Source: Ascidiella aspersa
Taxonomy: Eukaryota
Assembly (NCBI GenBank): GCA_963924565.1
Contig: OZ004614.1
Coordinates: 21,824,001 to 21,888,000 of the forward strand
Reading direction: 5' to 3'
DNA length: 64,000 bases
Each line of letters starts with the position of its first letter. Position 1 is the stretch's first letter. A program made the position numbers and the translations under genes. This document shows, one piece after another, positions 27,587 to 41,693 of this stretch. A model generated the notes under the pieces. It ran no database searches. It saw only the letters and a list, made by a program, of their open reading frames with translations, and had not been told where the DNA came from.

Positions 27587-29325
27587 CTAGACAAGGTTTC
27601 CCATCGTTACTTGACGTTCGCGCGTGCAGCAGGCCGCCGCCCTTATTACATTCTGCCAGTCCGAGTAGGCGAAGATTAGCGACGCGACGCCTACAAGGCA
27701 GTTCAAGTCATAGACTGTCGAAACCCAAATGGCTGGCTCCCTCTCGCAAAGGAACGAAGCAACGATGGCTCCCAAGTCGGATAGCGTGATTATGGATAGC
27801 GATAGGAGGGTGCGTTTGGTGAGCAGTCTCACACGCGTAACCCCCGGCATAGGGCGTCCTGCGCCGATAGGGAGTTTTTTCAGGAGCGGGTAAAGCAGCA
27901 GGGCGGCAAAAACGGGCTGAAAGAACAGAGTGAAGACCAGCACGCTGCTGGCGCGCGCCGACTGCGCTATCGATCCCATGTCGTCGAAGCGGCAGCCCTT
28001 GGGACTGGGCGTCAGTTTCAAGCCTACTGTGTTGAGAACCAGTAGGACGAAAAGCACCGTAAGCATTGCTACCAGCAGTGCCTTGCTGGCGTTGACGCGC
28101 AGTTTCTTGCGAGACAGGTGCTTCAGCGCTGGGTGATTTTGCACGGCGTCCTGTCGCAGCCAGAGCACCAGCATACAGAAGCACACCACCCCGCCGTAGC
28201 CGCACATGACGAAGATTCCGACCAGGGTACAAGCCAGTGGAGAGGTCTTGCCACCCAGCAGGTCGAGTTCGTTGCTCAGGGTTTTGAAGATCGCACAGCA
28301 GCAGGCAAGAATCGTGAACCAGCTGATGCTGCAATTGGAATGACATGTTGTGTTATTTAGGTATAATACTCTCGGTTGAACGTGCGTTTAATGGCTCTTT
28401 AAACGATGGGTGTTTATTGGGAGCTTGTTGGTTGTATATCATGCGGGGTTTGAAGCCTATTGATATAGCAGTTTGGAGCCTTAAACGTATTCTGAAAGCT
28501 ATAGGTGAAATGTGAAACCGTCCCCATAGTTTTATATCTCTTCAGGCCGGCAACAAATGTATTACTTTGTACAAGAATCATCTGGACGCTTTCGATAGGA
28601 CACTATTGGCACATGGTAGTCCATTCACCTCCAGTTACAAAAGGCCCTATGGGGCCTAATGTACAACAAAACAGATAAAATAACTATGTACAATGTAGTG
28701 GGACTATTGCGATTGTAAAGCGGTTAATTATATTCTTTTAGAAACTAGTTGTGCACTTAAAGAAATGTAACCTCTACCTATATATGAGACTTAACACAAA
28801 TATTAACTGAAGATTTACGACCCTGATAACTGATTCTCCTTTGTACCGTTTTGGTAATTTATTTATTTTACCGTTTTTTATGGTTTATTTTGTTGTATAT
28901 AGTTGTTAACCAACTTCACGATTTCCCCCACAATTTTTCGACGTCGCTACCACTACATGTGCTCCCGATATGGACTTTTGACACCTTTGCACTGAAAGCG
29001 CATAAAAAAGCAGCAAAAGTCCTTCGGGGTGATTAACACCTAACGAAAGATAAGCTACAAAAGCTTACCAAGCAAATCGCGCCGACCGCTTGGGCATAGG
29101 CGGGCTCGCAGATGCAATAACCATCTTCTTCTGATGGGCGCTGGTTTCGTTAGGCGCCTGGCGTTGAAGGCGATGAAGGCGTTGACGTCGTCGGGTGTTG
29201 AACTCGTTAATTAAAAGACAGGCGAGCAAGTAGATTTCGACGCCGGCGAACAGGCAAGTGCTGCATTGATGAAAGATCCTTTCCCAGGACTCTTCGACGG
29301 TCATGTTTGGAGAGGCATCTGGCAT
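27587..29325 (-). CDS. Orphan divergent 7TM receptor, paralog 3; 2 exons, 332 aa
   Basis: complement(join(27587..28328,29069..29325)). Donor TG|GTAAGC, acceptor TTGCAG|C, 999 nt in frame. Same motif set; exon 2 is very close to that of paralog 2. Confidence 0.88.
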
Positions 29326-32300
29326 ATTTCGTTAGCAGAAAGAAACCGACTCAATGTCTAGTTAATCAAGGGTTTCTTAAGCTTGTTGCACCAAAACTGA
29401 AAATATGTTTTTGGTTTTGTGTTTTAATTAAAGCAAATTTTTAAACAACAAAATGAACTTAAAATGCGACGGCCAAATCGATTTCTGTTTTTCTTAATTG
29501 CAGTTTGGTTTACGGTCAAGGTTAATTTTGAAACCAAGCTGCAATTAACACAAAAAGTAACGAACTTAGCGCCGTGGCGTAGAAGCTTACCTATATTTTC
29601 GGTGTACAACGCAATACTTTCCTTTGCCATACGCACTGTTTATGGACGGTTTGTATCTTACAAATTTCTGGCACCTGTGTTAAAAAAGTAAACTTCAGCC
29701 AAAAGCGAGTCGATTTCGCCCAGAAGCGAATAGAAAAGCGAAGCCAAATTCGCTTTATTAGGGGCTCTGATTACACGTTCTTTAGTTTTCAATCGATTTA
29801 ATTTTTAAATTCCACTTGTAGGGCCTATACCCGGAATGCCATCTTGCATAAGTGAAATCCGTTTGAACTAGCTATAAAAAAAAGTTGAAAAACAAAGTTG
29901 CTAAACGTTTGGTAAAAACGAAACAAATATATACCAGACTGTATTTCAAAGCCTAAAGGTTATGTTTATGTTTTTGAATCTCTTTGCTTTGGCCTACCAA
30001 CACTCGAACAATTTTATAGACTCGATATTTAATGATAATTAGGTCTAAACGCGAAATATCTGTCTGCTTCTTGCTCAATATTTTCTAAATTCGTTCTGTT
30101 TGTGCCAATAACATATGGTTGCTTTACGCAGGCTGCCAAAAAACTGTCCAATGTAATTTTTCAATCAACGAAAACCTGGGCGTCAAATGTGGGATAAAAT
30201 ATGCATGAGCGACACCTGATATTAATTGGTACAACAAAGGGCGCCCTGAAAGCCTGTTGGAGATTAGAGCATCTAAATTTTTAATCCAAGCTTGAACAAA
30301 CCTTATCAAGCAAAACAAATATTTTAACCCAAAGGCGAAAGCCACGAATACCCATTCCACTAAGTAAAATTGTCTTTGAACTCGTAGCCGCCACAACTAC
30401 ATATATATCGTAATAAAGTATTCCAAAAGAAAATTACAAAAAAATGTTTACAAAAATGTTCATACGTCAAACTGAATGTTTGAAAACACATTCAGTTAAC
30501 TAATTTAACATATCGTTTAGACCAGAGTGGTTCAAGATTGCCAGTAACGAAGGTAACAGTTGGCCTATATTCCTTGCGTTTTGTCCGCAGGCTACACACA
30601 GCATGGGTTAAAAGTGCTACGAAAAGGCAATGCTGTAAACAAGCCAATTCGAAAGCATTGAGTCATTTTTTTGAACAATTAATCAACTAAAAATATCAGA
30701 AACGCAACATATAGCCATGTTGTGCAAAAAATAAGATAAATAACTCAATTTTATAAAAACTCCAAATGAGAACACTCTGTTTCAACCCAGGTCATTTGGC
30801 CAAAACAGTTAAAATGAGTCAAGTTATTTTGCACAAAGTACTGAAAACCAAATATTCGGACTATTTAGGCTAAATATTAACTGTTGAAGAAAAGCTTTAA
30901 GATTCGAAATTTTACCACACGAAAAATAGTACTGCCATTCCATAAGTGTACGATCGCTAAAAGAGTTAAACACCTTTGAGCCTAATCTGCCTAACAACAA
31001 AAAAGTAACTGCCGTGGAAATAAGTAAGGACTTAATGTTCAGCCAAACATAGAACTTGGTCGTTGTGACATCTATCCGTCGGTTAGGTCATGCTTCAGTC
31101 ATTTTTCTTGGTAAAAACCACCAGCAAACCGCCGTAAGCGCCAAACGCAATGAAACGTATACCCTAGCATATACAAAATCGTTTCATTCGATGTAAGGCT
31201 TACTGCGTTTAATTTTGCCCGGCTGTTTCATAGAATTTAAAAATATATTGTTTTCGACAATGCTGCCAGCAGTACACAGCGACTGGGCAAAATCGAACCC
31301 ACTATTGGAAGCGGGGAAAAAGAAAAAACGGTCTCAATTTTTGCGAATATCAACTTTATTAGCTTGGGACGCATCGGATATTTTAATTTTCCAGAAGCAG
31401 TGAGCAAACATCATAAATAGTTTATTCATCTATCGGTATTAGACAGTTATGACAGGCTAACCCTTGTTTAGAGAAGTCCTATAATTTGTTGCTTATTTTG
31501 ATGCCAATTGCGATTAAAAAATGGCTTTCCTATCCGAACTCAGGCATAGTTTATTATTTATAACCACAAACAAAACAACTATTAACTACATAAAAGACCA
31601 CGGTAAAACAGTGTTTTACAAACAATATTTGTTTCTAAGTGTTACATGTAGTTACATCGTCTACAGATCTAACTTCAGTTGTGGGAAACTTGGATCGAAA
31701 GCAAGGTTAAAATATATAGATCTAATATTTAGCACTAATACTACCATGAAATTGGTATTGGACCATATTACGGGTTTCTGTTTAAATGTATGTTATTACC
31801 GTTACTGTTGGACTATTCATTTTTTTCTCCTAGGAAAACGCGTAGACTGCTGCACGCTTATTCTATCGCATTCCTTTCTTTTTCTATATTTCCCACCTTT
31901 TGTTAAATATTGATTTTTTCACTCACTTAGGTATTTTAACCCAATTTTTACTTTGTTGCATCTCATCTTTAACTTGGTTTTATTCCGTTTCTTAATCTTT
32001 TCCGATGACACCTTGAAACATAAATAACGTTTGACACTCGTGTCTGTTTATCCTTGTCTGCAGTGGTCGAAAATAATTAGCGATATTCGGCAGTCGAACT
32101 AGGAAGTCTTTGAATAATTAACAATTTTTTTTTATTTTTTGGTTATCGGGTTCACTCCCTGGCCACTGTTTTCTACAACATATCTTTCTCTTTAAATTTC
32201 ATTTCGCCGCCTTCGTTCAAAAGTGCAATAACGGGACAGAAATCGATATTTGTCGTAACTCAGTTGCGATCGAATAACACACGTGCACCGTATTGCTTGC

Positions 32301-33717
32301 ACTTTGACACGCACAACATCGGTGGCTGTAATGATCATTCTTTACCATTAGGGAATTCCTGATCACCTTCGGTTAGATTATATGTAACGAAATTAGTGGC
32401 TGTCAACAGTAATGATATCCGCTGAAGCGCCTGCCTGGAAATGACGCATGGTCACACATTCATCAGCACAAGCTTTAAAACGTACCAGTGAAAAGAGTTA
32501 GAGGCGAGAAGTGTCACTTCAATATCCGCCCGAAGAAAACGCCGACACCCACTGCGACTACGGGGATACGTCAGTCAAAAAGGTTGGGTGATGTCACTCG
32601 GCCGATGTCGTCAGTAATTTGTATTTAATATTTGATTACCTAATGACGCACATCAAACACAAAAAGAAAAACAACAAAATTATCGCTTTAACAAGTTTAT
32701 TTAATTATTTTGCGCGGATCATCTAAAGAGGTTTAACCTCGTGACTTTGCAATGTCACTTAAGCAGAACCACATACATTTAACGGTTCTACGTATTTACA
32801 TGTATACGGTTAAAATGCACAATTTCACACAATAATATAAAAACATATTTAAAAAAAAAGAACAAATTGTTTTCAAATAATAAACAAACCCTCGTGCCCC
32901 ACGAAAACAAATTACCACTGAATCGTGATTGCTGGTTGGAAACTCCCTAATTTTATTGCTGTATGGTCATTTACGCGGCCTATTTACGACTCATTGGCAC
33001 AGCTTACTTTACATTAAATGTTGCAACACAAGCATGTAATATAATGGCATAACATAATCACGCTGGTTATAGGCTTTGCATTTTTTAAAGAAACATTATA
33101 GTGCTCATATTGGTCTACAACTTTAGTGTTTGAACTATTTATCGCTAATAATAAGCAACACTAACAAAAAAGATCCCAAACTCAAAGAGCGTATTTACAA
33201 AATGGGTTTTAAAAGAATTGATGAAAAGCTTTCAGATTGCGCAAAAAAATGTAACCCATAAAGCCCCCCGTCATTTATTGTTTTGGACTGCGATAAAATG
33301 TTCGGTGACTTAATTGGCGGATAAGGCGATTGTCTAGTAGAACTGCACATATACAAAACTGAAATGGTAAAACCAGAATAAAAACAAGGTCAGACGTTTG
33401 TTCAAATGACTGTATATTTCCCAAGTGACGCTATACGTGTGTGAACGTGTTTAAAAGAAACGTAGTCAAAGATAGAAAACGTGGTAAAATATGAAAAACA
33501 TGTTTAAAAACGTCATCAATGATGAGGAAACCTGAACCCATTCGAATTCCTATATTAAAAAAACCTGCTACAGATTGACTGTACGTTACTGTTCATCATC
33601 AGATGGTTACAAAGTAAAAATCATCCTCGTCCTATTGTACTTTAGCCAAGCAGTGTACCACTCTCGTCCAGTCTCCTGTAGCTTTAAAGGTAGGCTTAAA
33701 GTACTGCAATAGACTTG

Positions 33718-35814
33718 TCACACGCTGTTCACCGAGACGGTGGCGACGCCGGTGTCGCTCGACCCTCGAGCCCGACGTTTGCCGCGCCCCAGTCTAAGTC
33801 GCCGCTTCCAGTCGTGGTAAGTGCACACGAGACCGACTACGCCGACGAAGCAGTTGACGTCGTAAACGACTGCGATCCAGATGGCGGCTTGCTGCTCCAA
33901 GTAGAATGAGACAACGATCGAGCCGATATCGCTCAGCAAGATAGCAACGATGCAGACAAGGGTGCGCTTAATCACAAGACGCACGCGCGCGATCGCTGGT
34001 GTGTTCGTGATGCCGGAGCCTGTCTTCGGGAGTGTTTTCAGCAGCGGATAGAGCAGCAGCGCGACAAGGGCGGGCTCAAACGTAATCGTAAAAATAAGGC
34101 CGCTGACCGAACGCGCCACCTGCGAGATGCTCTCGTGGTCATTGAAGTAGCAGCCGTTGGGCGTATTGACCAGACCCAGAGTGACCGTGTTGAGAATCGT
34201 AAGCACCCCGAAAACGACAAACAGGAAAATGAGGAAAAACCAGCTGAGAAAGCGCCTCAGCTTCTTTCCAGGAAGACTGGACAGCGCTGGACTACTTTGC
34301 ACCGCCGCCTGCCGAATCCAAAGGGCGATGGTGTAGCAGAACACGTTGCTGCCGTATCCCAGCAGCTGAAAGATGCCCACGAGTGTGCAGGCCGTTTGCG
34401 ATTGCCGTCCCCAAATGAGGTCGATTTCGTTGCTGAGACTCTTAAAGAGCGCAGAGGCGCAAGCAAGGATGGTAAACGTGTTCAGCCTGCAGTTTAAAAA
34501 TCGCAAGTCTGAGCACATCAGATACCTATAGGGTATCTTTTAGACATTCACAGTTTTCTTTACAGATATAATGAAAATTAATAACATTTAGTTATAAAGC
34601 ATCAGTATGAAGCTGAAAAACTCGCAAGTGTGAGATTAAACTTTTTTATTCTTACAATAACAAGATTTTATCACATAATGCTGCAGCACATTAAATACCT
34701 AATTACGGAATGTTTTATACATTCACAGTTGTCTATCTTGATATAACGAAAATTAATAACATTTAGTTATAAAGCATTGTATCCCCAAACACAAAATTTG
34801 ACCATTAATATTTCTACCATTAAGGTATAAAAATAAAACCAAATGTTTGACCGAACATGATTTGTTAAAAATAATTATTAGGGTAGTGTATTGATTAAAT
34901 TAGGTGATAATAGTTTATCTGACAACCACGGAATGTTTTGCAAGTTACAAACGCAGTGATAAAGGAAGTTTGCAAATTTGGTTTGCTAACGTGCTGTATG
35001 TTTAGAGCATGCACCTAAATTTGAATGCCTATAGTGGTGATATTGGGACAAAGCTAAAAATAGTGGCGTATGGTCTTCAAGAGATTTAAATAAAAATTTG
35101 GAAAGGTTTCTAAAAGAGTGACACAAAAGTCGTTTAACGTATAATTTAAGTCAGGGATTCTTAAACTGGGGTCCATGGACCCCTTTGGGGGTAATCAAGC
35201 AATCTATTTTTCAAAGAAAAGAGTTGGCTATAGTTAAAAATAAAACGTTTTTGCACTGAATATACTTAAACTTTATTTCATTTCACATTTTTTGGACCAA
35301 AAATAGCAAATGTCTGAAGTCTGTTTGTATTATGACACCATCACTAAAAAATTCTCGCCTTCGCTGGTCCGTGCAAAGCAAAAAAGTTTTTTAGTGGTCC
35401 GCGGTAAAAAAAGTTTAAGAACCCCTGATTTAAGTGATTAACTTTTTACACCTATACACATCACAAAACACTGTTTTAATGTTAAATTGTTGTACGCTTT
35501 GGCAGTCAGAGAAATATTTAGAAATCTGTAAACAGGCTATCTATCACCCACCATATTTTTCGCTTATCTTCCGTGGTGCGTTGCTTCTTGGCAAGACTGG
35601 TGGCCGTCAAACGCCTCAACTGCTGTGCGGCGGTTTCACTCTGCTGGGGCGAGTGGGGGTGGGATGGGAGCGCACGCGGTCTAAACTGCCAGGCCAGCAG
35701 GCAAACCAGGATGTAGAAATCAGCGCATACGAACAGGCAAGTGGTCGTTTGCGGAAGTATCCATTCCCACGATGAGTAGGTTGGTTCTGATATGTTGCCG
35801 TTGTTGTTGGACAT
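33718..35814 (-). CDS. Orphan divergent 7TM receptor, paralog 4; 2 exons, 343 aa
   Basis: complement(join(33718..34486,35552..35814)). Donor TG|GTGGGT, acceptor CTGCAG|G, 1032 nt in frame. Motifs EPTYSSWEW, NEID, LWIRQ, PNGC, FEP, YDVN and DWKRRL. Confidence 0.86.
34544..34777 (+). repeat. Local direct duplication (~59-bp core, 175-bp offset) in the intron of receptor 4
   Basis: ACATTCACAGTT...GATATAA(T/C)GAAAATTAATAACATTTAGTTATAAAGCAT at 34544-34602 and 34719-34777. Confidence 0.8.
35152..35427. mobile_element. hAT-type MITE in the intron of receptor 4
   Basis: CAGGGATTCTTAAAC / GTTTAAGAACCCCTG; perfect TSD ATTTAAGT; same family as 62211-62564. Confidence 0.9.
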
Positions 35815-38241
35815 GTTGGGTGTCGAAGATACTTCTCGGTACTTTTGTTGTGAAATTAAATCGCTTTATCGCCAAGTATACAATATTAAAACAATTTTGT
35901 ACGCGTTTTGCTAGTCCGTAGAACTCTGTATGCAAAGACAGGTCTCTTGTGAAATAACTAGCAATCAAAAGTTATGTGTAAACCGCAATAGTTAGACAGG
36001 CAAACAAACGTTGGCAGTAAATATATAAACTTATTTGTGGGCAAAACATTTCGCTAAACTTCTCTTAGCGTACCTGTATTGCTACCAAGCAAAATGCATT
36101 TAGTAGATGCAATATTAAAAAAGCAATCGTCGCGACCTAATGCTAAAATTAAAATTTGGATAACGCCAAGTAAATTATCTTCCAATCTTCTGTTTACCAG
36201 TTATTCACAAATCCAAACAATAATAAAAGAGCAACTTATAGTAACCTATATTGGCTTCATTAGTTCCGGCAAGCAACAAAACCACTAAAACTTAATAAGG
36301 TGTCGTATAAAATAAATTGGCAATATCACTTAACGATTTCGGTAAAGTTCTATCAAACGACTGTTTAGCAGACATCAGAAACTAAATGCAGTTGTCAGTT
36401 GTGCGTTTATATGTGCAACATTGCGCCTCTTCCGACGTTTGACAGATAACGCCCGACTCTGCAGTCACGGGCTTGTTGATGCTAAAAGAGTGACCCACAG
36501 AGGATTTGTCGCCTCTCAGAAAATCCCTGCGCTCGGCAAACTGAAAATGCCAATTTTAAACACTCTAGCCATGAGTAATACTAATATTCAGATGGTATAT
36601 TTGGAAAATTTGAAAAGGTTGCGGACTGACTTTCGCAGCATTGTCACAATTGGGGTTAAATCTAGAAGGCAATCTGTCACTTACTAAACTATATATAGAA
36701 AGTTAAAGCAATAGCTCAGTAATTTACGCGGCTTCTGATTAACGCGGTATTCACCAGCAGTCGGTGAAAGTTAACAATTTATTGTTTAAAATATTACCTG
36801 ACAACTTTTGACCGAACAAGCATTGTAGATATATAACCGGTTGCTACCAGGCATGGTAATATAAATCAAAAGCAGCTCCTCTGGTAAGCATTGTAGATAT
36901 AGGACGCATCAAAGTTTAGTAATGACAGTCTATAGTGGTGCTACGTGCTAGTTTCGATGGTCTCGTGGGTAACAAACGTGGGCACAAGCATGTGATCATT
37001 CGTAACAGTATATAGCATTTAATTTTAAGATTTTGTATATGAATATAGCATTATTAAGCACGCACGCTTCAGATTTACGTGCCTGAATTTTCAATCAGGG
37101 AAAGCACTTCCTGAATAATTTACATACATTAAAAGGTGATCGCTTTATTGCAGGGGCTCTTAAACATTTTTTTAACGCGGACGCCCTAAAAGAATTAGGG
37201 ATTCTTAGAGATTACGTTATAAAACCAGTAATCGTTAGAAACATACTGTTTAGGGTCAAACAACTGTAAAGCTGAAAATAATTCTTAATATATTTGAAGA
37301 GAAAGCTGAAAAAGCGTTTTTGTTTCAATTAAACACTTATATACATTCATATTTCTAATTGAGCACCACAATTTCAATTAGGCCGATAAAGGGTCCATGG
37401 CAACGACATCATATTGCAATGAATCTCTAGAAGCTCTCGGGAGTCGGACAACTTGCGAGGTCACCCGGACTTTCAGTGACGCAGCTGCACAAGCAAAGAC
37501 GTCACGAGTCGCTACGGTTGTGCAGGGGAAGTCGGCAACCAGCGGCGGCAATCGGGTTTTTCGTCGCCAGCGATTGAACCCGAACCTGGGCGTGGCGGAA
37601 TTTTCGGGAAAGCCAGAAATCGCGCCCAGAAAATTTCCCTCGCCCTCGACGCCGTCGCGTTTTGTCGAAATCGAAATGTCGCAGGCGCGCGAACAAGTCG
37701 TCATCCGGAGTTCGTTTTTGTCAAAACAGCGTTTCGATTTGCGCCCCCTGAAACGTGATATGTGTTGAGCCTTGATTGTCAAACACTGTGCTTCGCTAGC
37801 TTTTAACCCCTCCACGCCCTTAAAAAGGCTGTCGAACTTGCGACGAACCTAGCAATAGGAATTCTAATACTTTTTAGCTTCTGATTTGTGTGTGTATAAA
37901 AACTCACACCAAATGTAACCTCTCTTACCACAAACAACTTATTAAGTGTTACGTGTGGTCTTGCAAAGAGTTTTGCTTGTAGGCACAGCGTTATAAGCTT
38001 TCAAAGAAACAAAAATTGATTTTATTCAAGAATTGTGAATTGACGTCTTAGCTTGTTAGGCATTAATTATGCAGTTGCACGCCTACATCGCGCTGCAAAC
38101 ATCATATTTACTCGCATTTCTTTCGTGATAAATGTAAACACGAGTTTTGATAAAAGTCATTTTACTGACTGACATTTTTTCAGGACGATCACCTTTAATC
38201 GTATATTTACATTTTGACTGCCACCTTAGCTTTTCGATCCT

Positions 38242-38273
38242 TATATATATATATATATATATATACATATATA
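38242..38273. repeat. (TA)n microsatellite
   Basis: Direct reading. Confidence 0.9.
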
Positions 38274-41198
38274 GCCAATGCATATACCCTATATATTATA
38301 AACAAGTGCCTACAATATATACGCACTAATATAACTAACTTTTCCCGACTTAATTGCCGCACACCAAAGTAAATCGGAACTGAGTAATGTGATTGTTAAA
38401 TCAATCAACTGGTATATAGTTGTCCTATGATAAGTTCAAACTCACACGCCAGGAATGATAATACAGTATCTAAAAGCATTTGTTTGCTGCAATTGAGTTT
38501 AGTTTCCAAACGGAAATATTGTCTGACCCCTTGGAAAAGTAAAACGACGCACCAAGGGCCAGGGCGTCGTGACGCACAGTTTAAGTAGGCCTACCCCTAA
38601 TTTGATAGACAGCTGTGGCAGCAAACGTTACAGACGTGTGCTTGTCACCAGGTCACCGTGACCTTTGCGGCGAGACCAAAAAACACGTGGTATTAAGTAT
38701 TAGCAATTTTCTATTTTTATCGACGCGAAAAATACAGGCGATCTCTTGATATCTTTAAAATCGGTATTATTGGTTTGTGGAATTTTTAATATTGTCTTAT
38801 GAGATCCAATGTAGCTTTTCTATTTTAAAAAGTAGATTTTGAGAAAATAAACAAATTATTTTAACTAAGCTTACTAACTCTAAATTAAATTTTGGCTCCT
38901 TAACCTTTCCCATATACGACTACGACTAAATTTTGCGACATTTCCAAGTGACGAAAATAAGGAAAGATACACACAAATACGGGTTCGACGACTGTGATCT
39001 ACAGTGGTCCCAGTACGGCCGGAGGTCGTGAGTTCGAACCTCACTGCAGCCTATAGTCGTGTTTCTAACCTGCCTCGCTTGCATCACTGATCGACCGGTG
39101 GCTAGTATGTGATGGTTTCGATAGATGTCGTAATGTTGTATTGGATAATAGGACGGTATTTTTGGCTCAAAATGTCGGGTATCAGTTTTAAAATAGATTG
39201 CAGTGTTCGGACTTCAGTGACCATTCGGGCTGTTGATCATCGCGGTAACGCAATCAACTAACAAACACCGCCATGTCGTTGTTTTTAGTTATTTCCCAAA
39301 TGCTAGCGGCGCGGTTTGCTCAATACATAACGAGGGACTTTCTTGTTATGACGCGTTTCCCAAGCAGTACATGCTTATAGAATCACCTCCCATATAATAT
39401 CACCTGCGCCCTGTATCCTCTGAGAACCAGCAATGATAAAGAGGCAGGAAATCCGATTACGCGAAATGTTTCCTTGCTGATTTCGTGCTTACAAACGTGA
39501 ACTGCTTTTTCGTTGCAACGGCACGATTTGTTACAATCATGTACCAGGATGCTTTTGCAGCAGCAACAGCAATGTTTCAAAGGTATAGGGCCCCACCTAG
39601 TTGAATTATTCGCGCCGTTAGTCGATTGTGCTACCCTGTTTAGGGCACAGCTACAATGTATAGCGCTTTTTTTTTCTTTTTTTTCTATAGTTAGAATTCA
39701 TACCCCTCTTTGTTGACTGAATAACATATTCGGTTTCCTTTAAATCCTTGTTTGTCTTTCACAATTGGTTAATGTATTTTTCCTAAACAATTTTTTTTTT
39801 GTATCTTTATTTGGTACTTTCTTACTAATTGTATACTACTTTGGTGAAACTTGTTTTCAATAAAAAAAATGGCGGAACAAGCCAAAGAGGCACAGCTGAA
39901 TAACAATAACTAAAAAAGAAAGAAAACCATTCAAAAAAGAACAAAAAGACGTTGGAATATCCTTATTACTTTGCAAAATTATATCTTACAACTTTCCCTA
40001 GAGCAAACAAAAATATTACTAATAATAACTGAATAAAATAAGTTATCTGCTAATAATTGCCTGATTCAATAAAATCCAACAGTCTTTTTTTTTCCATCGT
40101 TGGGTTTGTTTGGGCGGTAAACGCTTGAATAACCATACCCTAACCCTAAACACTAATCGATTATAAAGCAAACCACCACTACAAACAAATATGGAAAATG
40201 ATTCTCAGGCCCTTCCTCTGGGTTCGCATATAATGTAATAATGTAACGTGTTCAAAAGTACACAACTATACCAACTTTGATCAGAATTCTAGACCTACTT
40301 TTTAGCCTGTGACTTTTAGCCATGAGGAACCAACGCCACAATCATTACCTTCGTTGCCTGTTTCGTTACTACTTCTGTTACTTTCCAAAAAAAATGTAGA
40401 AAACACAAAACAAAGCAAAAAATTACTAAGCAAATATGCAACAGAAGACAATTTAATTAGCCCCAAAAGAAAGCTTGGTACAATGTCTGTTATCCAAATT
40501 TTGGGAAAAACAGAGATGCGCTGGCCTGAGTCATTGTTACGTCAGAGCGCGGCCCATTGTCCGCCTGGATGCGCGTCTTCGTGATTCGGAAGGGAGATTG
40601 CGCAATCGGGCGATTTGGCGCAAAAAGTTGGAGGTCTTATCGCACAATGTTTTCATGATTTTGTTTGGTGCATTTGAAAGCAAAGCACAATGAGAAGCGC
40701 TAAAAAAGATAAAAATGAGTTTTTTTGGGACTCCTATTCTTTCAACCTTTTGCAGTAGCTACGGACCTTATGAAGCATCGCTTACATGAAACTGGCTCTC
40801 GCCTAGGTAACTTGTAACGGTGGTTGCCGAGCGTTGCGAAAATAAAAAAAACTAAATAACTTGTACTCTTGTGGTTTGTCGCTCATTAAAAATAACGTAT
40901 TTGGTTATCGTCATTCGTTGTCGTAAAGTGTTTAAGCCTACTGGAATAAGGTAAAAATTACGTTTACTAAAACGAAAATATCGCCAAGAGTCACTTGGTG
41001 TCAGTAGTAGGTAGGAAACATAAAACTACGCATATCACGTCTGGATTTCATTCGTGAACAACTGAACATACAACGCAAGTTTTTTTAATTTTGCTAAATG
41101 AGTATTTAAGGTTAGAACCGAATCATCACTGCATCAAATTAAGCTTATATTGGTATATAATAAGCTAAATTATAAATTTGAAACGGAAACCATGAAAC

Positions 41199-41693
41199 CA
41201 GACTTGGATATCTAGATTTATTTCAGCTTTTTAAAATTAGTTTAAAACTAAAATTAGAGCATTACAGTTTTTCTAAATTAGATTAGAATTAGAATTACAT
41301 CATTTTAGTTTCAAATTACTGAAATTAGACTAAAATAAAAATTACGAAATTCTTGAAAACCAGTTATTAAACAAGAATTTGAAATCGAATTGCATTTCAC
41401 TATCCAGACTCAATTTAGTTTAAATCGCATGTATTCTTTGAAGAATGTGAATCGTAAATGTTTGTGTGGTAATTTTTAAACGTTTTAGCACAGATTATTT
41501 ATTCAAATTCTTTGTTTTGATTGAGAGAATCAAATTGCCGTTGGACAAGGTAGAATTTTTCGTAAAATCCGAATTAGATTAGAACTAGAATTAGGGCACA
41601 CAAGCAATTCACAAATTTGATTAGAATTGTAAAATTTATTGTGCTCTAATTTAACGAATTACAAAACTAGAATTATCTGGTTTTCCAAGACTA
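41199..41693. mobile_element. MITE with TTAGAA-rich interior (copy 1)
   Basis: Colinear with 46855-47317 over about 480 bp (shared GCCGTTGGACAA and AAATCCGAATTAGA). Begins CAGACTTGGA. Confidence 0.75.

Noticed and set aside
27708-28346. 212-aa alternative-frame ORF and similar antisense or shifted ORFs over receptor exons
   Set aside because: By-products of GC-rich codon usage in the real exons; not conserved in length between paralogs.
37378-37815. 123-aa and 145-aa overlapping ORFs as genes
   Set aside because: No recognisable domain or convincing splice frame; such ORFs are expected in a GC-rich patch.
38975-39055. tRNA or tRNA-derived SINE (GAGTTCGAACC B-box)
   Set aside because: B-box-like motif only; I could not establish a cloverleaf, A-box or tail.
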